DNA of 64,000 nucleotides, taken from NCBI RefSeq assembly GCF_009914755.1, contig NC_060947.1; one strand, written 5' to 3'. The notes under the pieces are model-generated. The model did no database searches, was not told the DNA's origin, and saw nothing but the letters and a program-made list of their open reading frames with translations. This DNA comes from the human T2T-CHM13v2.0 reference genome, Homo sapiens. A program made the position numbers and the translations under genes. Below are positions 16,371 to 32,799 of this stretch, in pieces. Each line of letters starts with the position of its first letter. Position 1 is the stretch's first letter.

Positions 16371-16600
16371 ATTTGATACATTGTGGAATGGCTAAATCCA
16401 GCTAATTGATATATGCATTACCTCACATACTTAACTTTTTCTGATGAGACCACATAAAATCTACTCTCTTAGCAATTCTCAAGTGTACAATATACTGTTA
16501 TTTACTGTAGTCACCATGATGTGCAATAGAACTCTTGAACTTACTCTAACTGAAATCTTATATCCTTTGTCCAACATCTCCCCACTCCTTCATCTCTTAC
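16370..16600 (-). mobile_element. L1MA-type 3' end fragment
   Basis: tacattgtggaatggctaaat...atgcattacctcacatactt...aaaatctactctcttagcaatt. Confidence 0.8.
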
Positions 16601-16609
16601 TTTTGATGA

Positions 16610-17570
<961 letters not shown>

Positions 17571-18962
17571 AAAAGAGGTTCAGTTTAACAACAGGTACTG
17601 AATCCCTGCCATGACCTAAGTACTATGTTAGACGTTGGGGATATGATGAAGAACTGGATATGATGCACACCTTAGAGAATAAACAAAAACAAGTTCATGG
17701 GTAATAGTAAAGTAGAAAAGTCCTTTATGATTTATTTATAAAATACAGTGGTTATCCTTTCTTGGCAATATATGAACTCCCCTCTCTTTTTTATTTCTTT
17801 GAATGAAGTCTAGGAGATGAAAGTTATGAGATGGAACTGGAAGGCAATGGAGAAATTTCTTCAGAAATTGACTATGGAAGAGTGTCATGGGTTGTTTCTT
17901 GAGTTTGAAGAGCTATGCCTAGAATTGAGTTTCCAAGCTGGGACAGTGGTCAGGATCACTGATCCTGACTCATTTATGCAGTTGGCATGGTTTACTTTTC
18001 ATGTTACTCCTATTTCACACCCAGTTACACACCCTATTTTCATTCCCTCATCAGTGAGGGCTCTAAAGCTCTCTTTATGCATGGCCTCCCTCTTACCCAA
18101 CTCTACTCCTAGGAAAGAGTCAGAGACTCATGCCTGTCAAGAAAGCAATAGCCACTGTCAACATTATCCTTGTCATAGGATTTTACATTTTTAATAGAGA
18201 TCAAAGTTGTATGCTATGGGTCTCATTTTTCTGTGAGGAGAAGGAACTAATGTTTATTGACATGAAGCATTAAAATCACTTGAGATTGGAGGGCTGTGTT
18301 AGTGAAGTCCCTTTGCTAGTGAAGTTAGTGGAGTAGGGTGGAGTTGGGGAGGTAGAGAGGAGCACATGTTGACAGCAAAGACTAAGCACAGGAGCAGAAA
18401 CACACTTCTCATTGAGGAAACCAGAAAACCCTGAAGAATGTGATAGGACAGATGGGGGAGAGGACAGTACCAGGAGCTTTGAAGAGATAAAAGATAAGGC
18501 TTGAAGATATTCTAGTTAAGGAACCTTGTGCAAAGCTTAAATAGATGAAGCTAAAGAGTGGAATTTCATAATTTAGTTAGGACTAGGGAAGGGCTTTGGG
18601 AGTCTGGATCTGCTTAGAACCCCTTGACTTACCTGGCAGATTATGGATACTGGGTTTTGGTAGAATTCAAGAGGAAAAAAAGAACTAGAAGTTGAAAAAT
18701 CATAAAATTGTTGGACAGGTCATAATGTGTGTGGTAGAAATTGAGTTGGATGATCTTCAAAGTCTTTTTCAATTCCAAACACTTCTGGGTTTATGATCAT
18801 TTATATACAATTAGTTAGCCAACATCAGATCCTTCATTAGCACTCAGCATTTTCTCATAAGAGTCTTTTCTATAAATTAAGTATAACTTTGAAAAATCTA
18901 ATACCCATAGCTAATCATTTTAATGTGACACTGTTCTGTACTTTCTTCCTTTTTCTAAAAAG

Positions 18963-19051
18963 ACAAAGTCAATCCAAAAAGCTCTCAAAGGAAATTAAAC
19001 TGGATTCCATCATTTCCTACCTATGATTACTTCAACCAAGTGACGCTACAG
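18963..19051 (+). CDS. PASD1: PASD1 coding exon 2 (89 nt) DKVNPKSSQRKLNWIPSFPTYDYFNQVTLQ
   Basis: Pyrimidine tract + AAG acceptor, CAG|GTAAGA donor; W-x-PSF motif homologous to the CLOCK/NPAS2 WKP(S/T)F region preceding PAS-A. Confidence 0.95.
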
Positions 19052-19114
19052 GTAAGAGGGCTTTTGTTCTTTGATTACTTCATATGTTGAATACATGTAA
19101 TAGAAGACAAAGAA

Positions 19115-19282
19115 TAGTGTTTGTCAAAGTGTGATTAGGAGATCATATGCATTAGAATCAACCAGGGAGCTTGATAACTTAAATCGTCTGAATCAGACTC
19201 TCAAACCTGTTAGGGCCGGGAGTTTGCATTTCTCTCAAGCTCCCTGGATGCTTCCTATGCCAACTGAGTTTTGAGAACCACT
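19115..19282. mobile_element. MER5A-like hAT-Charlie DNA transposon remnant
   Basis: Termini tagtgtttgtcaaag / ttttgagaaccactg; internal gcattagaatca...ctgaatcaga. Confidence 0.75.
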
Positions 19283-19923
19283 GATTTTGAGTGACAACAA
19301 ACACAAACAAGTCTTCGCATAGGTTAGTGGCAAGTTAAGTGGTTATCTGGTAGACTAGTTCAACATAGATGGTTATACTCTAATGAATTAGCCTTCAAGT
19401 AGTTTCTCCCCCCTCAAGAATGTAAGGTGTTTATAGTTTCTGTCTCCAAGAGAACTGGTTAGTTTCACAAGCCACAAACTGCACTCTGAAGAACCATATT
19501 CCTTTGAGTGGGACAGACAGGGATACAGATTTTGCCTTTGTCCCTTACTTGCTGTATGTCTTGACTGAATTACCATCTCTGAGCCTTGATTTCTTTCTCT
19601 TTAAAATGGGTAAAAATTATCTTTATCTCATTGAGATGATGTGAGAATAAAATAAAGTGAACATGTGTAAAATATATAGTACAGCGTTTGGCAATATTAG
19701 ACGCCTGGAAATTATCCGTCCAGTCCCTTTTCTCCTTCAGTACTGGCTGACCACCCAGCACTATGACCATTAGTGGTCATAAAGGTGTGTGAGAAAGGCA
19801 TTGTGTGAGTGAATCTTTTCAAACCTATCCCAATGTTAGGGGCAAAATTCTGACTGTGAATGAATGGAGCCATATTGTAATATTCTACTTCATTTTTCTT
19901 CCTTTTAAGAAACAGACTCTCAC

Positions 19924-20198
19924 TTTTTTTTGTGACACAGGGTCTCACTGTGTCATCCAGGTTGGAGTGCAGTTGTGTGATTGTGGCTCACTGCAGCCTC
20001 AAACTTCTGGGCCCAAGCAATTCCCCCAACTCAGCCCCCAAAGTAGCTGGGACCAGAGGTGCACACTACTATGTTCAGCTCATTATGTTTCATTACGTCT
20101 CACTCTGTCACCCAGGCTGGTCTCCCAAGCTCCTGGGCTCAAGCGATCCACCTTGGCCTCCCAAAGTGCTGGGATTACATGCGTGAGCCACTGCACCT
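19924..20198 (-). mobile_element. Diverged AluJ-like SINE
   Basis: gacacagggtctcactg...ctcctgggctcaagcgatcc...gtgagccactgcacc. Confidence 0.88.
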
Positions 20199-21259
20199 GA
20201 CTCTCTCTCAATTTTATTAGAGGTTTTGTTTTAGGAATCCTATACACAAATATTTGCTAAATAGAGGACTTAAAATGTGTTATGTGAAATCCTGTTACCA
20301 ATTTTATGAAACCAGATGCTTATTTGAAATATTTTAGAAGCTAGACAAGGTATAAATACACCCTAGAGGGATAATTATGTTCACAACTACAGAACATATG
20401 GCATTCAAGTGGAAGGATCAGAATTTCTTGGGTAATTCCCTCCTTTCCACTTTTTTCCCCTCCATTAGGCTTTAATAACTTCCCTAGAAAAGTCTGTTCT
20501 TTATTCTTTATTCATGAAGTTTTTTCTTGAAATAAACAAGCCCAGTCTGGCTAATCAGAGCTGACTTCAACCAGGGAGATGGAAACATCAGGGAATCTGA
20601 GAAGAGGGACAGTAGAGGGCTCTTTCTCTTCACTTTCCAGTTTCATTACAGCTTTGGCCATTCTTTTGAAGCATGAAAGAAAGCGGGGTTTGGAGGGCAA
20701 GAGAGCAAGGTGACTTTGTTTCTTATGGCTTGTATTTCAGAGCAGTGACTTAGCTTTGGATGTTTCCTTCCTGTTTGCCATACTGTTGGTCAAACGTAAC
20801 AGCCTCCTGACATCTGCATAACAACCTACACTGTGCTCTCATGTAGAGTAGCCGATTTCATCCTCATAAGAAGCCTATGATTAACTTAATAATGATGTTG
20901 ATCCCTTTTACTGCAGGAAAGAGGAGACCAAAGCTGGGAGAGCTTGCACCTTGCCCAAATCCAAGACCTGTTGAGTAGCACAGCCGAGTAGCACACCATG
21001 TTTTCTCACTTACACTCCAGCCCATGGGGGTCCAGACTAACTCAGAGCAAACCGTCTCAGTAGAGAATGTGGTAATCAAAATGCCAAAAGCAAGCAGACA
21101 TACAGAAAATGAGTAGAGAAGCAAAGTGCCTTACCAGATCTGCCTAGACTCTTTTCTGAACCTATGTGTTTGGGAGGTCACTTCAGGCATGTGGCAATTT
21201 TGGATGTCATCTTTTGATGTCTAATGGGAAATAGCAAACACCCAGTTTTAAAAGTTTTT

Positions 21260-24200
21260 ACTTAAAATTTTATCTTACAAAAATATACATAACATATAGT
21301 AACACTTAAAAAAATAGTACAGGTGACACCGAGCTTAAGAAATAGAGCATTACCAGATCCTTTGAAATCCCTTTGTCGTAATCTTCTTCTTCCACACCAC
21401 TTCTTCCCTACTATTTCCTGAGTTCTGTATCAATATTTCTTTGCTTTGCTTTGTATTTTTAGGACATGTGTATGCATCTCTAAGTGATATGTTGTTTTCT
21501 TTTGCATGATTTTCACCTTTATATAAATGGAATTATATTGGATGTATTCTTCTCTGACTTGATATTTTTGCTCAACCTTTCTTTTTCAATTCATCCATGA
21601 TATTGCATGTAACTCTAGTGCATTCATTTTTACTTCTGTATTCTTGTTAGAACATACTACACAATTACTTACCCATTTTGCTGTTGATGGGCACTAGAAA
21701 TCTGTTTTAGCTCATGCTCCTTAGGAAGTAGAGGCTGAAGCAAAATTTATATGCTAAGGTTTTAGTGGGATATGCAATCTCAGGATAGCGAGGGTGAGGG
21801 GGAAAGTAAGGCAGGGAAGAAGGGAACTGAAATATAGGGTAGTTTATTACCAAGCTGGATAGAGCTTCACAAGAACACACAGCGGGTTGTTCAGTCACTC
21901 TTAAAACTATGTAAAAGGCACCACACCTTGAAATAGTCTGTATAGGGGAGGAAGGGAAAATACTGTATCTACCAGTTCCTTTCTTTCTCCTGTCATTAGT
22001 CAAAAGTCACACCCAGGATGTTAGCAATTCTGTCCTTTGGGTTACCTGGCTTTTCTGGAAACCCAATGGGGAACCCAGATCCCATGCTCCGAGGTGGATG
22101 AAGTTACTGCCTTCATGAATCCAGTCCCTTTGGATGGATACTGAAGCACCTAGTGCTGGCGGAGTTAGGAGACTAGGTTGGGACTGCAAAAGCAAAGCTA
22201 ACATCCCTGGCTTGATTGAGGGTGGGATGGGGTATGAATCTTGAGGAGGCGCATAAACTGAGTCTGGTATAGCTGTAGGTTTTTGTTATTGTGAGCAGGT
22301 TTGGTTTGAACGTTTTTGTTCATATATCCTCTTCCATATAAGCAAGAGTGTTTCTAGGTGTATGTCTAGGAGTGAGATTGCTGGAGGGTAGGGTGGAGTG
22401 GTAGGGTCGCTCCCTCTACATGAAAATGACAATGCTTTTCAAGTGACTCTGTTTCACTGTGTATTTCACTGTTCTTTTATATTCTTAGTAGTAGTGGATG
22501 AAAGTTCTTATTGCTCCACATCCTTGCTAACAATTTATTGTCTAATTTTTAAATTTTTGTCAATTGGGTGGGAATGGAATGGCGTCTTGTTTCATTACAA
22601 ATGACAATGAGCCTCTTTTCACCAATTTTGAGGCCACTTGTGTTTCCTCTTCTATGAGATGCTTGTTTCTAGCCTTTGCTCAGTTTCTTATGGTATTGTT
22701 CTTTCTAATTATTCATATGTTGGAGATTTTTAAAATAGATTCTGGAAACGAATCACTTGCTAGTTATGTGTTGCAAAATTCTTGTTCTAGTTTGTAGCTT
22801 GCCTTTTCACAATTTAAGGTGACTTTTGACAAATTATTAATTTTAAAGTAATCAAATTTACCAATCAAAGGGTGTTTACTTTCCTGTTTAAAAAATCCTT
22901 ACCTACCACAAGGTAATAAATATATTCTCTTATATTTTATTTTAAAAGCTTTAACGTTTTATCTATTATATTTAATGTGTTCATACTTTTTGAGTTATTT
23001 CTTGTGTATGCCATGAAGGAGAAACATTACAAAGATAAGAGAATATTCTAAACTAGTGATTTCATTCTTTAATGATGATGTGATTGGTTATATTTTTTAC
23101 TTCTTCCCAAGTCACTTTTTGCAATTTATATGTTTTTAAGACTTGCTTTCAAATTTATTGGCATAAAGTTGTTCATAATATTCTCTTATCTTCATAATGT
23201 CTAAAGCTTCTGTAATGATATCCACTTTTCACTCCTAATATTGTTTGTGTTTTTTGCCCCATGATTCATCTTACCAGAGGTTTGTCGATTTTAATGTTCT
23301 TTTCAAAGAATTGACTTTTAACATTCTTGATTCTGTCCATTGTGTCATTATTTTTTGTTTTATTAATTTCTGCTCTTATTTTTATTATTTACTTTTTTCT
23401 ACTTTTTGGGGTTCATTTTTTGTTCTCTAACAATTTTAGATTATTTAATTCATTGATTTGTAACCAATTTTCTTTTCTAATATATACATTTAGGCGAAGA
23501 TTCCCAAGTGTTGTTTTAGCTGCTTTTCACAGGTCTCAATAAATAGTGTTTAAAAAATTATTCTATTATAAATACTTTGTAATCTCCATTATTACTTATT
23601 ATTTGGCCTATTTTTTTATTACGGTAAAATGTATATAACACGAATTTACCGTTTAATCACTTTTAAATGTAGAATTCAGTGGCATTAAGTACATTCACAT
23701 TATTGTGCAACCATCACCACCATCCATTTCCAGCTTTGAAAATCTTGCGTAACTGAAACTCTGTACTCAAACAATAACTCCCCATTCTCACTTTCTCCCA
23801 GTTCCTGGTAACCACCTTTCTACTTTCTGCATCTATCAATTTGGCTATCCTAGGAACTTCATATAAATGGAATCATACAGTAATGTCCTTTTGTGACATG
23901 TTTCGCTTAGTATAATATCTTCATGTTTCATCCATGTTGTAGTATGTGGCAAAATTCTCTTTCCTTTTAAGGCTGAATAATATTTTGTTGTTTGTTACGC
24001 ATTTTGGTTATACATTCATCTGTTGGACACTTAGATTGTTTACACCTTTTGGCCATTATGAATAATGCTTCTGTGAGCATAGGTGTACACATACCTGTTT
24101 GAGTCCCTGCTTTCAGGGTGTTTTTTTTTTTTTTCACTATACACTCAGAAGTGGAAATGCTGAATCACATGATAGTTCTATGTTTAGTTATTTGAGAGAC

Positions 24201-25540
24201 TGCCGTAGAGTTTTCTATAGCAGCTTTGTCATTTTATACTACCATCAATAGTGCATAGGGGTTTCAATTTCTTCATATCTTGTCCCAAAACTATTTGTTT
24301 TGTTTTAATCATAGCCCATCCTAATGGGTTTGAGGAGTTCATGACTTTATACAAATAGAGAATCCTGCTTCAATTATTTGGGCTTCCTGAATCTTAAGAT
24401 TGGTGTATTTTATTACTTCTGGATAATTTTCCACCTATATCTCACTGAGTATTTCCTCTTCTCTGTTATATTATCTCCTTCAGGAACACTGATCAGACAT
24501 ATGTTGGACTTTCTGATTCTCTTCTCCATGAAATGAATTTATCTTATTTTTCCATTTGTATCTCCTTGTGTTACATTCTGAGTCATTTCCTCAGCTCTTT
24601 CCAGCTCAAAAATTTTATTTCTGGCTGTGTTCTAACATGCTACTTAACCTATACATTAAGTTTCTAATTTTGATGACAATATCATCTATAGACATTTTGT
24701 TTGATTATGTTTTATATCTCACGAGTCAGTTTTGAGTCTCTTGTTTCTTCATATTTCTAGTGCCCTGTGTTATTTATTTAAGCCTATTAAGCATACTTAT
24801 TTTGTATTCTGTATCTGATAATTCCAATAAGTTATTTTTAAATATGATTCTTTATTTTATTATGTCTGTTGCCTCTTATTCGTAATGCTTCATCTCTTCC
24901 TGTGTTTTATTTTTATTATAAGCTCATATTATTTGTAATTTTATCTACATGAATTCTTTGAACCCTCACTTTAAAATAATTCTCTAGATGTGATTTTGAT
25001 TTCCTTTTATTAGACATATGGGGTCAGGATCACTTTAAACTAAATATTAGACTTTGGTTGTTGAGGGCCACACAGGTAGTATATGAATTCTAGCTCCAAG
25101 TTTGTGTGAAGGTGGGCTTCTGCTTAGTACCTCCTAAAGTTGACTATTTTCTCTTTTCCTACTCTTCCCAGGATGGAGGCTGAGGCAGACATGCACATTC
25201 CCTGTCTCCTTTCACTGGATAAGATTTTTCTGTTTTACCTGTTGAAAGTGTCTCCCTTTTGGAGACCTGGCTTTGTACTGTGGTCTTTGATTTCACCTCC
25301 TACCTTGTACAGGCCTCGGCTTTGCTTTTGTCCCCCAAGCTCTAGGCTATCAGTGTTGGAAGATAGTCTCAAGGCAAATACAGGGTCTAATATTCTCCAG
25401 TGTCTTAATTCTCACAATCTAGTCATTTCTGATATCAGGTTATTTCCCTTACTTTACCAATAGCTTGGTCCTGTTTTGAAAAATAAGTTTTAATCTATTT
25501 TATTCATCATTTTAGATATTCTCTACCAGGAGGCATTTGT
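21260..25540 (-). mobile_element. Nested old L1M fragments (includes an L1MB-like 3' end at about 23610-24330)
   Basis: cagtggcattaagtacattcacattattgtgcaaccatcaccaccatcc and other L1M motifs; boundaries approximate. Confidence 0.6.
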
Positions 25541-25980
25541 CTGGCTATTGAATCCATCATACAGCAGGAAAGTGATGGCAATATCCATATTTATAAGGAG
25601 ATGACTAACCTAACCACAAATGAAAGTGTCCTTAAAATATTTTTAACATTTTTGAAATTAAGTGTTCTTAAAGTGAAACAACCTACACATGGAAATGAAT
25701 CTTCTTAGCTTGCATTGGAGAATTTCATGTTAATTGGGTGTACATTGAAATTTGTTTAAGTGACACATCATTTGATAAACATTTCATGCTTAAGGTTAAG
25801 TAGATTCTGTGTAGGAGGCAGAATAATGGAATTTTAATTAAGTCTGTGCCTACTTTATTGATATTTAAGGACTGGGGTGCATTTCAGTGTGCTATTATAA
25901 TTATCTATGCATTTAGCAATAAAACTATCATTTTATTATTGTTCCACTATTTAATTACATTATTATTCTCTCGTCATTAG

Positions 25981-26070
25981 TTATTAGATGGCTTTATGAT
26001 TACACTGAGCACAGATGGAGTGATCATTTGTGTGGCTGAAAACATCTCTTCTCTTCTTGGACATTTACCA
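25981..26070 (+). CDS. PASD1: PASD1 coding exon 3 (90 nt), start of PAS-A: LLDGFMITLSTDGVIICVAENISSLLGHLP
   Basis: cattag acceptor, CCA|GTAAGT donor; LDGF...DG...LLGHLP bHLH-PAS family PAS-A motif. Confidence 0.97.
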
Positions 26071-26129
26071 GTAAGTTCTTTCTACTTTTGGGAAAGTGGA
26101 TCATTCTGGTTTGTTGTTTAGGGGTTCAT

Positions 26130-28742
<2,613 letters not shown>

Positions 28743-31700
28743 AGGCCTTCATATTCCACTTATACGTGTGTTTGAAGAGGGGTTACCTAGAATACATTTA
28801 CCAACAACCCTCCCACACAAACTGTCTGCCATTGGCATGGTTGTGTTAGCAAAAAGTTTTGGGAGAGGATATGAAGAAATTGAAACCCCTATTCACTAAT
28901 GGTAGTAGTGTAAAACAATCATATCTCCGTTGTTGTTTTCATTACATATTCCTCATTCCACAGAGTTGTCTCAAGAACTTGACAAACCCTAATCCAGAAA
29001 TCTATAGTACTCAAATTTGGAACATGGAAATTAATAGAAGCTAGGTTAGATTATCTTGTAGTTAGGTTGGAAGTGGATTAAAAATATGTCACTATTTTAG
29101 CCAGGCCAGTTGGCATGTTCCGTGGCCTTCTTGGAAGCTCAGAGTCCTTATACCCTTTTAAAAAAAATTACAGATGCTAGAATCGATCTCTTTTATTTCT
29201 CATTCTCTTTCATTTTTTAAAAAAACAGTTTACATTTCCAAATTCAGCTTATATTTGTAGGATACCAAAACAGCTAAATGAAATAGTAGAGATATTTATT
29301 GGATTGCACTTTAGTATATTTAAATCATAGAAGGAAAAGAGTCTTTTAAAATATATATTAAAAGAGGGAATGTACGAGTATGATCCACTACAGCTTAAAT
29401 TTTATTATAATGAAGACCAGAAAACCACCCAAATTCTTGTGGCATCAGATATTGCTTAAACCAAATTGGTCATTGGCTGAGACTGGTGACTTTTTCTTAT
29501 TATGTGAAGATTTATCATAGTGATGGTGTTAGTTATGATATGATCTTGCTTCTTTATGTATTTGGTTCAAAGTTTTCCCTATCAAGAAGCTCTTTCACCC
29601 TTCAACATTTGAGGTACCACACACACACACGCCCCCCAAAACCACAAGGTCTAGAGAGGTGTCTGGGACATGTGCTTTGAACTGCCAGCCTTAAACAATA
29701 GACTTGATTTACCTGAGATCAGTGTACTTAAAAATAAATGTATAACTATTACATTTGTACATAAACATTAAATGGGAATTAAGTTATATATTCCTATAAA
29801 ACAAGGTTAAAAACGACTACACCTGAGGCATAGTTTCACACTTCCTCATTGAATCCCAACTGTTCTTAATTTTTCAAAACAGGCAATCTTTTTCTCAGGC
29901 TTTGATTAAAAATTTCATTTTATAAGTCATCCAACTTATATTATAAAAAGGAGACTGAACCATTTCTAGAGTGTCTGCGTGGCTCCAGGAATCTTCAGTT
30001 TCATTACATATCAGGGCACCTCTGTCTATGGAGCAACTCCAAACTAATAGCATGGTGTGATGGAAAGAACTTGGTCTTCGGAATCAAATAATCTAGAGAT
30101 TAAAATTTAGCTTTGTTTCTCTCTAACTGCCTGACCTTTAGTTTCTCTTCTATAAGTGGGGAAATAATATTACTTAGAGAGTGCTGGGAGATGAATTAGT
30201 ATAAATAACGTGATTGGCTAAGGCCCATCTGATCAGTGACATTTATACAGAGACCTGAATGGAGTATGTGTGATATGCAGGTAACTGGAGCAAGTGTCTT
30301 TCAGACAGAGGAGGAAGCTTATGTAAGAGCCTGAAAGCAGGAAAAGGTACAGCAAAGAGGACAGTGTAACTGGAGTGCTGTGAGCAAAAGGAAAATAGAG
30401 ATGATAAAGTCAGAGCAGTAACAGGAGAAGTAACATCCCTTTTCCTCTGAGATGGGAGGAAGCCATTGGGGAGGTTGGAGCAGATGAAAGAAATGATCTA
30501 ACTTAAGTTTTATCAGAATCGCTTTGGCTGTTATGTCAAGAATTGGCTATGAGGGGCAGGCATGGAAGTACAGAGTCCACTTGGAGGGCCATAGATGGTA
30601 GTGGGTTGGATTAATGTGGCAGTGGAAGCATTTTGTAGGTAAAATAAGTTGTTTTGCTGATGTATTGGAAGAGGGGTGTGACACAGAGATAAGATGTGTC
30701 CAAGTTATGCTGTTACAACACATACCATGAATAAAATGATGCCCATTATCATCATGATCATGGTATTAAACTTTTATCTGAAACCTGCCATCATATTTTC
30801 CCAATCATTGATTTCATTGACAGTTTTTTTTTTTCCTTTGGAAAAACTCATAGTCATTTGTAGTAGTAAGTTCCAGTCACTGCCCCCTGTTCTTAGCAGC
30901 CTGCCCTCCTACTCACCCTACTCTGTCATTCCCCCTGAAAATAAAATCAAATCTGGGAGTTTACATATATTTATTCTCTTTTGCAGTTCTAAAGCAAATG
31001 AAACTTTTAAAACGTACACTACATCTGAAAAAATTCTCAGCATTGAATCTTTAAGAGATTAAAACTTAGCAGGTTTTGAACATAGGTACATGGTTAGTTT
31101 GTGATAACTGTGATGAGATTTGCCCTATTTTCCCTGAGAAGCTTACCGCATAGTAGAGATTTAGTAGTGATGAGTCTCATTTGATTTGAGATGCTGCCTA
31201 AATCTCCTGCAGAGGATCTTATCCTTCCCTGTGCCCTATACAGTTGAATAGTTTTCTAATGCATGTATAATATGAGTGTCTTTGGCAGGAAAAAAGATAC
31301 TTCTTGCCTAGGTTCTCAGTAAATGTCATGAAGTCCTCAGTAAATTTCTTAATTCTTTCTTTTTTTGACGTGACTGAGACTCACCACACTAATATTTGTG
31401 TGACAACTAATAGATATTTGCAAACTTGGCTTTTGAAAAACCACCTTAGTTTTTCGCTGGTATTTATCCTTGCTTCATTAAGCTCTAAGTACCTTGATCT
31501 TTCTACCTTGTGTAATAAGAAGAGCAAATGCTAAAAATTTACAAAAATAACATGAGGTCGATCATGCTTTCAGGTCTCCTCCCTTTTTCTAACTAAGGAA
31601 CAAGGCCACTGGAACAGATCCAGTGTTTCAATTAGCGGTTAATTATAAGGCTTATTGTCACTATTCCTATCCCTAGAGAGGCAATAAGAAACTCATTACC

Positions 31701-32799
31701 ACTAGTCACATCCAAGAGAATGTAGACTATCAAAAGATAGCTCACTTTGAACTCTTTTAAGTGACAATGCTATCTTCATTTTTCAACTAATGAAAGAACT
31801 TACGAGACATAGCACTTTGTACCTCTTGTTAGGGTATTATTTTATACTCTACATCATAATTGATTGTGCATATTTAATCTGCCCTACTAGACTATGTGCT
31901 CATTGGAATTCGTTGTCAGGTTCATCTTTTGTAACCCTTATAAGAAATAAGTATAAAATCTTATTCAGTGAATTACTTCATGTAGAATGTCCAAAATACA
32001 GGAACTGGTCCAGTAGCAAATTTTCTGTTCCTGATGCAAACTGGACTTGAGGCAGCTATGGTGTAGTAAAAGGAACAATAGACATGGAATTGGATGGAGC
32101 TTTCATGTCAGTTTCATTTCTGCATTTCTGAACTCTCAACAATTGGAGAAGCCTTAATTTGCTGATGAATAAAACAAGGGATAATTCTTACTCTCCCAGG
32201 GGATTAAGTGAGCTTGTATATGTGAACATACCTAGAACAGTGACTGGCATGGAGCAATTGTTTATCGTGTGTTAGATGAGTGAATGAATGAGTGGTCTCC
32301 ACAGAGGTAACCCAGTTTGGCATCTAAAGTCTATTTTATAACTAAACCAACAAAAGTGTTTTTATTGAAAAGTTAAATTTAGTGAAAAAAATCTACATTT
32401 CTTTTGGGAAGTCAGTATTTTACTGTGTGACTTTCACTGTCAAGATGTATTGCCTGTTAATTCCATAATGTTTTGTTTGCTAGATTAAGGTAATATTTCT
32501 ATCCTTAATCAAGCCAAGCTTGATTGAGACAGCATCTGTCTGCTAATTTGATCATTGACCAGTTCATAGGCTGGCTTCTACAAATGGGCCATAAAGATAT
32601 ATTTCTAAATAGTGACTGTAGATTATTAATGCTAATCAGTTAAAAAATCATTGGAATTTGTGGTTCATCACACAAAGCCATTATTCAGCTACAAGGAATA
32701 CTTTATTACTTTGTTGCTATCACATTAAAGCCTCATTACTTCTATATCTGATATTCAATTTATCCATGTCTCACCGTATTTCAGCTACATGATACGGTA

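Noticed and set aside
17697-17740. MGNSKVEKS resembling CLOCK GNARKMDKS
   Set aside because: Too short, no splice signals, chance-level similarity
17817-18194. 125-aa ORF in the intron
   Set aside because: No recognisable homology, coding signature or consistent splice structure
18113-18200. Acceptor-like site followed by a frame reading ATVNIILVIGF, resembling the NPAS2 bHLH end TTVLEKVIGF
   Set aside because: Only about 4-6 residues match, spacing and phase do not fit, and there is no donor at the expected place
18627-18639. acttacctggcag matching the U1 snRNA 5' end (similar motif near 3620)
   Set aside because: The match does not extend; it is equivalent to a consensus donor on the minus strand with no supporting exon
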